From: Trichinella spiralis
Lineage: Eukaryota
Direction of reading: 5' to 3'
NCBI RefSeq assembly: GCF_000181795.1
Contig: NW_003526943.1
Location: 2,551,666-2,615,665, forward strand
DNA length: 64,000 nucleotides
Under the pieces are notes generated by a model, which was given only the letters and a program-made list of their open reading frames with translations, had not been told where the DNA came from and did not search any database. Of this stretch, positions 30,557 to 40,235 are shown piece by piece. Each line of letters opens with the position of its first letter. The first letter of the stretch is position 1. The position numbers and the translations under genes were made by a program.

Positions 30557-33500
30557 CTACGGATGTAATATTATGGAATCTTGTTTTGTTGAAATACTTC
30601 TCTTCAAATTAGCTTGAAAAAGCATTTGTTGAATCACCGTCAACTGAATTTCCATTACGACTAGTTCTTTCTTGAGTTTACTAACAGCCTGCCTAATCTG
30701 AATCAGCGGTGCTTAAAAAAACAAAACTGATACAAAGCAAAAAATATTAATAATCTTTACCCCCATCGGCCAAACGTGTCATTTTTTCATTTAACACTTC
30801 TTGAACTTGCTCCAACTCATCTGAAATCTGAAATGATTTACATTTGAAACGTCGATAGTAAATAAAATATTTAAAATAAATGGCCTAAAAAGATTTGGTT
30901 GAATCAGGGGAAGCTCTTTGCTCGCATATTCTGATATGACCAATGAAACATTGAATATTGCAGCCATTCACAGTTAAAAAATCAGGTGGCCAGTCAGTTA
31001 CTGTGCGAATAAAAAGCATCATCAGTTTAGCCAATCAAAAAAGAAGAATCAACTAATATACCGAGCCAATCAGAACACGCAAAGAAAATGTTTACCCCAA
31101 TTCAACCAGCAATTTTAAAAATATTAATATCCGTTTACTATACCGTATTTAAAGAGTTCATCTGATCTACCAATCCTGCACTAGATTCACGATAACTTTC
31201 TTTCGCTTCAGCAAGCTGATTTTGAATCTGACTCAACCCCTTCAACAGTTGTTCCAACTGACCATTTATGTAGATTTCACGTGAGCGAATTTTTTCTATA
31301 GTACGTCCAGCGTCGATGGAAATTTTTTCCAAAGGTCCATAAAGTTCTTCACTAATTTCATTTGTCGAAACTTTGATCTTCTGCAGCTGCTCCAAACACA
31401 TTTTCCAATCCTGTCCATAAAAACACTGACTATGTATGTTTAATTATTATTTTAAAATCAGTAAATAATAAAGTTCACACTTTATAATCCGGCTTTATGA
31501 CAATTTTAAGTAATGGTGTAACCCGCTCAACTTCTTTTTTCCAATCACTTTGATTAATTGAAAATTCTGCATTATGGTAATGTTTCGGGTTTTTTTCTGA
31601 ATCTTTCCTGATATTATTCTCAGCTTCTTGCAAAACATCTGCACACAATTCATCTTCATTGTCTGAATCTCCTTCGAAATAGTCTTCCTAAAATTTCTTA
31701 GACTAAATCAGTATTTACCAAATGAACATATTAATATTTTACTTCAATTGCACTGTCTGCAATGATTTCTGATTCTCCATCAACAATCACATCTTCCGCA
31801 TCATCAGTTTGATCGTGAATTGTAGGTCTGTATTATTAAAATATTGATTTTATGTTTATTATTTTTAAATGAAATGCTACCAAACAATTGTTACGTTAAA
31901 ATATTTGTCAACCTGAATTAACAGAGAATTCTTTTCGAAGAAACTAAAGCATTACTGATGTGAAAATATGCTTATTGTTTGTTTATAAAAAATTTTAAAG
32001 ATATTTACTTTTGAAATTTGAAATTCATTTTTTCAAGTGCTTCATCAGCCAAAGCAGACAAAAGTCGTACGCACGGTTCACCTGCGCCAACGAGCAGTCG
32101 GCTTGCTAGAAATTCGGCCGTTCTTCCCTAATTCACAATCTCAATTGAAATTATATCCAAATTAACATATTATTTTTAATGCTCACCATCCTTTTTACAG
32201 CATCTAAAATTCCACTTACGACAACGTTAGGATCGTCATGCTAAAGTGCAAATTTAAAATTTACGTTTTCTTCCATAATGTAAATACAAGGAAAAAATCA
32301 ACGCCACCAATAATTTTAATAAATTTGTTTACTTTATTCATTTTACAAAACAAAAAACTGCTAATTGTCAATACTGAAAGAAAAATAAAATAACTGTAAA
32401 ATGCAGTTTTATTTTTATCCACTGTACTGCTTTGCAATTACTTTGTTTAGAAAGGAAAGCACTCTGGGATGAATTTTTCATCAAAATAAACAAAGCGTTA
32501 TTATGTATTTTAAAATAAAAAAAGCAATTTTTAAAAGTCAGTAATATAATGGCACTTTTTTCTTTACAAATGTAAATAAAACGATCATTTTATTACGATT
32601 ATCAAGTTCAATTTTGATTGCCTGCATTTTGTGGCTTATTTATTTTGGGATAGATTCGATGTTGACATTAAAGGAATGCCGCTTCAAAATTTGATTGGTT
32701 GCGAATTTAGCGTAGAACTCCGATTGGTTTTATATTTCATTGGTTTTCCAGCCAGCTAAATTTCATTTGCTGTTGTTTTAATGTATTTTATTCGTTGTCG
32801 TGTACCTAAATTTTACTGGTTGTTATTGCAATGCGTTCTATTTGTCAAATTTTGGTTTCTTTTTAATGGTCATTTTTCTGAAGCTTTACTATTTATCTTC
32901 TATATATGTATAAAAGTAAAATTAAAAGATGACTAGCATTTCAAAATTATAAGGTTATAAACAAATTTTCTTGCGGTTTATTTTTGGGTATAGTTAATTA
33001 TATTCATACAACTGCTGATCAAATCTAAGAAATTTGCTCTACTTTTTAAACTAAACTGACTCGGTTTTTTGCGTGTGTACTATTCGGCATTTTAAAGACG
33101 TTTGCTTTCTATTAATTTATTAGTTAATTTGATGAAGTTATATGTAATTTTCAGTAGTAAAATTTTATTGCGGTAAAATGTCCCTTGTTTTTGAAGGAAA
33201 AGCATATAAACTGAAACATACCGGTAAACAGAAGAAATATTGGGAACGTGCCAAAGTATATTTTCAGTGTGCAACATGTGTCCATTGTTATTAAAAATTA
33301 ATTTCGGTATTTGAATTTCAGAATAGTACATAATTTTAATATTCAGTATTTTACTTTCAAATTAATAATGTCATACTGTTCCTTAAAATAATTGCGCTCT
33401 TATCTTTTCGCATGTACCTATGCGCCTGAAAGCTGTTTTGTCAATGTAGAATAAGAACTATTTCGCAATGTATTAATTAAAGCTATTTTCGCATGTTAAA

Positions 33501-34073
33501 TTTGACCTAATTAGGACACTGTATTAACCATTCATCAGTTAACCCAATTACAGTGACTACAGTATACAGAATCAGAAAGGTTGCTATTATTAATTGCGAT
33601 CAGGAAAACGACGTCATCGACAAACAATACAAAACACACAAACCACTGCAATTAGACAGTTAATCTGACCTTGACACTTCCTTTATTCAGAAAACTAGTA
33701 AATTTTTGTCTTATAAATTCTTATCACGTGAGAAATTATTTATATTTAAAATTAAAACCATACTTCCTGAGGTTCTTTGAAATTTCTGAAACCACATTTT
33801 CGAATCAACCATGCTGCAAGTGTAACAAACATGAAAAACTGTTCTCCTGGATTAGTGGAAACTGCAAAGTAATGCCTAGATATTAATTTTTTAATTATAA
33901 GTAAACTAAAAAAAGCTGTCGCCTTTCCATTACCTAGAAATGTATTTGTGCGCAACTGACTTGCAAACAAATTCTTCATCTACATTTAAAATTTTTAATT
34001 TTTGCTGCAATTCTTCCATTTGCAAAAATACTTGATAAGAATTAATTTGTTCAACACTGCTGTCCCCATTCAT
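30557..34073 (-). CDS. IFT57: Intraflagellar transport protein 57 (HIPPI / che-13), multi-exon
   Basis: Exons: MNGDSSVEQINSYQVFLQMEELQQKLKIL..ISR / HYFAVSTNPGEQFFMFVTLAAWLIRK..FKEPQE / HDDPNVVVSGILDA / WKKEVERVTPLLKI / DWKMCLEQL..EKIRSREIYINGQLE / PLIQIRQAVSKLKKEL..HP*. Confidence 0.92.
32645..32880 (-). repeat. Dispersed interspersed repeat, copy 1 (in IFT57 intron)
   Basis: Its reverse complement aligns by eye along its length with 62900-63136 (e.g. gaccattaaaaa..aaaatttgacaaatag..cgacaacgaataaaat..gaaaaccaatgaaa..aatgtcaa.atcgaatcta). Confidence 0.85.
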
Positions 34074-34135
34074 CGCGTTCAAATTAGCATCAGCGTCATC
34101 AAGAAACTAAGAGATTTCATCATACTGCGTTGCTT

Positions 34136-34148
34136 GTTGCTATGATAC
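34136..34148 (-). promoter_or_regulatory. X-box-like (RFX/DAF-19) element upstream of IFT57
   Basis: GTTGCTATGATAC (reverse complement GTATCATAGCAAC), ~63 bp upstream of the IFT57 ATG. It has one perfect half-site and is one base shorter than the 14-bp consensus. IFT genes are canonical RFX targets. Confidence 0.55.
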
Positions 34149-34464
34149 AACAACTAAAATCAACTGCGCATAATATGAAAACGTCGCACCTATATTTATT
34201 TGATTTCCGACTTTGCCAAAAAAAAAGAAAACAAATAATTATGACTACAACCATATTTATTAATTGACAATAAATGACAGGTAAATAAATAAACATGCAG
34301 ATGAAAAAACTTCTGCTTCACAACTAAGTAAAAATGTAATTGATTAATATGGAAACTGAAGCAAGGGTACAAAACATTTTTTCATCCGCAAAATTTCGAA
34401 TGGAGTACATTGTGATGCTGTTTTATTATTTTTTCTTGCTCTAGGAATTCATGCTGTTCGCAAA

Positions 34465-36304
34465 TCATGCGCCGTTTTCAATTTTCTGAAAATAAATAAT
34501 AATTTGAAAAGAAAAAACATCGAAACAAATTAAAAAAAATTTCCCACCTTATAAGCATCCAGTTCTGCATCTAAATCAGCCGCTGTATAAGTAATTGCTG
34601 TGGGACCTCGACCTCTACCACGACCGACTCTTCCTCCTCTTCCGCCACCAAAACGATTACCTCTTGAACTTGATCCACGAAGATTTCCGCGGCCGGCGCT
34701 AAAATAAATAAAACCACACAAAATTATAAAAAACAATCAAACTGTGCACAAATGTTGAACATTTTCGTCAGATGACAGACCATAAATTTTGTTTCATGGG
34801 CGCTTTTAATGCCAAATAATTTTACGGAACAAAGCTGTATTAAAATTTTAACGTTTCAACCACAATTTATTGTCGAAACCAGGCCAAACAGAATTCACAC
34901 CAATCTATCAGACTTGTTACTCTCAACATTTGCACAATTTTCCTCTACTATGGTAGTTGAAATTCTGACTACGCACGTAGATTCAGCATTTTTTACGCTG
35001 CTCAAATTCCATAAAGAAAACACAAATGTTCGACAGACAATAAAACGTCAAAGCAAAAAGTCCAAATTTCCTTATTTAATCATTTGCATCAGTATGCATA
35101 GCCAAAAACCTTCACACAAAAACGTTATTACAGAAGTATTTCTCTTCCAACAACTTGCATTACGAACTCAACCTTAAAAATGTGAACATTTATACAGTGA
35201 TGCAGGAATAAGTAACTGTTTGATGACGTACCTAAACAAAATTTCTTTTTAATGACGCAATCAACACTAAACGAACATCTTTTATATAAATTATTTTTAT
35301 TTTTACGGCTGTCTCAGCACTGTGTAACGAACCAAAATCCACAATCATTTTATTTTTCTTTAATTTGTAATATTTTTGCTTCCCCCAGAATTAACATAAA
35401 AAGCTGTTCAACGCACCTGTTTGTCCACGATGAGAATGCATTGACTGAATCGCCAACGCTCTTGTCTTTAACCATTTCAATACGCATCGGTCTCCCTACA
35501 AGTCATGCACAACGGATATGCCAATGATGGAAAAATGGTAATGAAGGTCAAATGCCGAAATTCATTTGCCAACTAACTGCAAATTCGACTTCGGCGTGAG
35601 GCAGCTTGCTTATCTTGCAGCAACTTGTGCGATTGCCGTAGCTACGTCACTTGGGTGATAGTGGTGAGGAAAACAAAAATGGCTCGCATACCGTCTAACT
35701 TAATATTATTAAATTCTTTCAAAGCACGCATCGCATCAACGCGTCGGTGGTATACAACATCAGCGAGGCCCATTGAACGGCCTCGTTCATCATAATGAAC
35801 TGCAGCTTTTCTAACCGCACCCATTCCTTGAAACAATTCCTAAAATATCATTCAATAATAAAGTGACAAAAAATGACGAAACTCAATTTCACCAACCTTA
35901 ACATCATCGTTGGTAACGTTGAAATTCAAATTCGACACTAACAGCTGTGCAGGCGCAGCCAAGCTTTTTCCGCCAAAGCCATTGATCGCATGAAATTTAT
36001 CGTGCTGCCAACGACCTGGAGGAATAACCTAAACAAAGAAAAAAAGCTTTAGACAATGAACAAAACAAAAAAATGTTAGGACAAATTTATAACAAACAAA
36101 GCAACTAAAAATTAAAGCTTTTCAATTGAAAAAATAAAAACTTACAGTTCTACGCGTGCCACGAGACCGAAATCCACCTCGAAATTTGCCAAAACGCCCA
36201 CGGCCGCCCATTGCACGATTACCTCTTCTTCCTCGCAAAGAAAATTTTCCACCGGATTGCCTTATAATATCATCAAGAGACATGTTCACTTTTGATTCTC
36301 CCAT
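34465..36304 (-). CDS. ALYREF: mRNA export adaptor ALYREF/THOC4 (REF/Yra1 family)
   Basis: REF-N motif KVNMSLDDII, RGG region, PPGRWQHDKF, RRM ([54 protein letters not shown]) and REF-C motif TAADLDAELDAY, ending KKIENGA*. Confidence 0.93.
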
Positions 36305-37653
36305 GTTGAATATTTTCAGAAAAAATGTTCAATATCAAGATTTTTCAGGCAATGGAGAAGCACAACCGTCCGCCAAGAAGATCGATACACTGAATAAACT
36401 ACTGCACACTAATAACCTTCAATAATGAAAAGCAGGTTAGTAATTAATTATAAAAGTGAGGACGTAGATAAAGTTAAAAAATAATTAATAAATACCTATT
36501 ATTATAATTTAAAATATAAAGTAAATTTTCATTTAGAGAAATGGTAAAATAATAATATTTAACAAACTTATTTTGCAAGAATGCGCTACCGTATTTGACA
36601 CATTTTTATGAAGGTTACTGTAGATAAACAAGTTAACATCAAAATACAAATAGTTGAAATTTTTAATAACATATTTAAAAATTGAAAAAATGAAATTAAA
36701 AATTTTGATTAATAAAATTATCGGGAATTCTAGGCTCTACGTTAAATTTTTTCATTGTCACTTAAACATGCTACTCGTACAGCGTGACGTATTTGCTTAC
36801 AATTTTATGCTGTAATTGCTATGAAATTATTAACTTTACTTAATAACATTTAATTAAACGCTTATTTTCAATACAAAAACATTACGCTAAACATATGAAA
36901 AACATTTCATCCTCGATTGGTTTTGATTGGCTCACAATGCTTTTATAATTTGATGATATTATGATACAGTCTCTCCTTTATTGCAAAGCAGGAACAACTA
37001 TGATGTTTAAATACAGCATCAGTCTTTCACTAACAGTTATCTCTCAAACATGCATGTCTTTTAAAAGTTTATAAAAATGAAGTTTACAAATATAACATCT
37101 ATTCTGTATTATTATATAACGCAGAAAAAATATGATGAAACAGTGCAAAATACTCGCCTTTCCTACTGTTTGTTTTATATTGTTGGCGACAATAATCGCG
37201 CAACTTTATCCTCAATTATACTGGACTGTATTTCTATTTCCATCAGACACGATTGTCCCGCTTGCACAATATAGCGTGAATTAGCAAAATTCAAAGGACT
37301 AATCACAATGTTCATTCACTGCAAGATAAATACAGGTGGACAAAGACCACAACAAGGTCGTAACACAGTAGATTGACAACGAGGTTAATTACCACCTAAT
37401 CCGTCAATCTGCAATCACTACTTCCGTCGCGTTGGCAATCTCGCCAAGTACTGTATTGGAGATAATCAAGACATTAGATCACTATAACTGCATTTTTTAT
37501 TCTTAAGGTGTTTTGATTATTCAGTCAGTCAAAAAAAACGAATCTCCCAGTGTTCAGTTTGTGCGTTAAATTAGCCACTGATTCATCAAAGCGAACTCAA
37601 CAGGATGCTTTGAATTTAATTTTTACTGTAGAACTACACATTTTGACAAAAAC

Positions 37654-37766
37654 GAAAAAATGATGATCGTGAAACTGTTAACCGAAAGAACGTTGATATC
37701 TATGTTTTAAGCGGAGCTAATGCAATGAATTTTTTAATGAGGCAGGCAAAATAATGCCTGATTTTC
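37654..37766 (+). ncRNA. Candidate box C/D snoRNA
   Basis: Box C ATGATGA (37660-37666), box D CTGA (37758-37761), flanking gaaaa/ttttc terminal stem and a possible D' CCGA. No rRNA target identified; could be chance in AT-rich DNA. Confidence 0.25.
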
Positions 37767-38396
37767 TGTATTACTGTTTTAAATATTAGGCTACCTATAA
37801 TGTCGTAGAATAAGACTTTGATTATAAAAATTTTTAATTTTAAAATATGATTTTTATTTGCATCATTCACTGAGTTTTTAGTGACAAATTTAACCGTATT
37901 GAGATGCTTCTCTCATTCTTCATTGCTTACAGTATGAAAAATTAATTCAATAAATATTTGCATTGCATTCGAAAATTATTACTTTGTAAATTGCTTTTCT
38001 TTCAATAAATCTTATTTTTAAATAAAATGTGAGCAAACTTTAGCCATATGATGATTTCCTGCTTTATTAAACCTGCATTTACGATGAAAATTACTGTTAG
38101 AAAATGATTGTCATCATGTTTGGTTATTGTAAAATGCAGTTTTTTTTAATTAAATTATCTATTTAAATATAATTGCGTATTGTTTTTTAGCAGATTTTAA
38201 TTGTTCTGTTGTATAAGCTGTTGATATTAGTCTTTTTATCCTTATTTTTATACGCCTTTTTGCGCAGATTATTCGCAATTTTAAACGTAAAAAATTATCT
38301 TAATATTAATAAGGATATTTTTTTGAATGTTTTTATGCTGAACAATGTTTTGAAAAGTGTTTGTTCATTTTAGACACATTTCCCTGCTGTTAAGAG

Positions 38397-39445
38397 ATGG
38401 TATGTTTAAAATAATTCAGTGGAACTGAGGTTTATTTGATTTCAAAAAATATGCTTTAGGGTATTGATAAATGTCATCGATTTCTGAAGAAATCTGTTCG
38501 CAGGCGTGCCCATACTGAAGATCCGTATCATTTGCTTCTAGTGAAAGTAATGCAGTGTTTTTTGTGTTTCGTAATTTAAAGGTTTATTTTTAGCTGTATA
38601 GTTTTTTGGCAAGACGATCAGGATCTAAATTTAATAAGATTATATTGAAACGTTTATTAATGGCAAGGCGTCACAAACCACCACTGTCGTTACGACGTCT
38701 TGCGAACTTTATGCAACGCAAAGGCAGAAATGATAAGATTTGTGTGATAGTTGGCACGGTTACAAATGATGTTCGTTTGTATCGTGTTCCAAAGTTGGAG
38801 GTAAATAATACAGCGAAGAAGTGTCTTTTGTTACAGTTGGTTTTCATTTATCTGAAAATATATTGTTATATAATTTCAATTCAAGATAATGTTTAATGAT
38901 AACTTTCTGCTTTATTTTTTAAATTTGTTTTTGATAATTTTTCATTTGCATAATTATATCAATTTGAATTTAAATGTGTTGGAATAGTTTGAAAGTTTTG
39001 TCTTTTTGTTTTCTAAGGTCTACACGTGTGTTTAATTTTAAAAAGTAGTGCAAGTTAAGAATCATGTTTGTCAGCAGGATAATGTTGTAATTATTGAAGG
39101 TGTGTGCGTTGCACGTGACAGAACAAGCCCGAGCTAGAATATTGAAAGCTGGAGGAAAAATCTTAACGTTCGATCAGCTAGCATTGCGAGCACCGAAAGG
39201 CGAAAACACTGTGTTGGTTCAAGGTAAAATTAAATATTGCTTTTCCAACGGTCAAGTTATTGTTTTCAGGACCAAGAAAAGCCCGAGAAGCGGAAAAACA
39301 CTTTGGTCCTGCTCCAGGTGTTCCTCACAGTCATAGCAAGTAAGATAGTTTTAAAAAATGAAAAAAAAAACTTTCACATTCATAATCCACATGTTTGCTT
39401 TTTAGACCTTATGCTCGAAACAAGAAGAAGCGAAACTTCAAATGA
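38397..39445 (+). CDS. RPL18: 60S ribosomal protein L18 (eL18)
   Basis: ATG-only first exon, then [19 protein letters not shown] / [40 protein letters not shown] / [29 protein letters not shown] / [24 protein letters not shown] / [18 protein letters not shown] follows at ~39487. Confidence 0.95.
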
Positions 39446-39950
39446 TAGAATTATTATTTTGAAAAATGTTTTTCTGCAAATTTTGCAATAAAATCTGGTC
39501 ATGTGTGAAGTGTTTGTTGTTTCTGAATGCAGTCTACATTGAAATATTTGTAACATCTTTTGCGATAAAATTGAAATAGTTGTGAAAAATGTATATAATA
39601 TATATTGTTATCAGAATAGCCGAATACTGTAGGTGATTTAGACATTTCAACCACAAGTAATGTATATATGCCTTTCACAAATGGATAGGGGTAAATTTAA
39701 AAATCAGTCACGTGGTCAGCATGAAATGTTTTTCATTTGCAAGAAGCTTTGTTTAAATGAGGCATTACAGTAATAAACTAGTGTGTACAGTTGTTTCGGT
39801 AATGTTTGCGTTTCTCTGCTAGCTGCAGCTTTGTTATCTTCTGTTGAGAATGCAGTCATCAATTGAGGTGCTAGGCTTGGACGAAATTTGCAATTTAAAA
39901 TTATTGCTGATAATTATATTTTGATCAGTCGAGTTGGGTGAAGAGGGAAA

Positions 39951-40040
39951 ATGAGCTCGTCAGCAGTAATATTTCACGGTAGAAATATCCCTATTTGGCG
40001 AACGTTCAGGCGTATGCTGTTCGATGGAGGATGGCAACTG
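39951..40040 (+). CDS. Putative upstream coding exon of MTHFD1 (presequence-like)
   Basis: 90-nt ATG-initiated segment MSSSAVIFHGRNIPIWRTFRRMLFDGGWQL with a phase-0 donor gtatga at 40041. It splices in frame to the acceptor at 40220 ([13 protein letters not shown]). Confidence 0.55.
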
Positions 40041-40235
40041 GTATGATGAGAGTTTTATTAACAGATTTGTAGCGTTTCATTATTGCAATCTATTTAAACT
40101 TTTTAAACAAAATTTTTTTTATAATTAATAGCATCTGTTGTTTATAATATGGATGTGTGTGTGTGTGTGCATGTAGTTAAAATTATTTCAAGTTGATCTA
40201 CTTTGTTGCATTATAATTAGAAGACGAATCAAGAA

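Noticed and set aside
37382..37400. ggttaattacc resembling the start of nematode SL1, and cctaa resembling a telomerase template
   Set aside because: The match is too short, no donor or Sm site follows in SL RNA geometry, and there is no 1.5-repeat template.
38048..38118. ATGATGA box-C-like motif upstream of RPL18
   Set aside because: No properly placed CTGA box D.
23329..38318. ATATCCTT (U12-type donor-like) motifs on the minus strand at ~23329 and ~38311
   Set aside because: Neither lies at an exon boundary of a minus-strand gene; no minor-class intron was identified.
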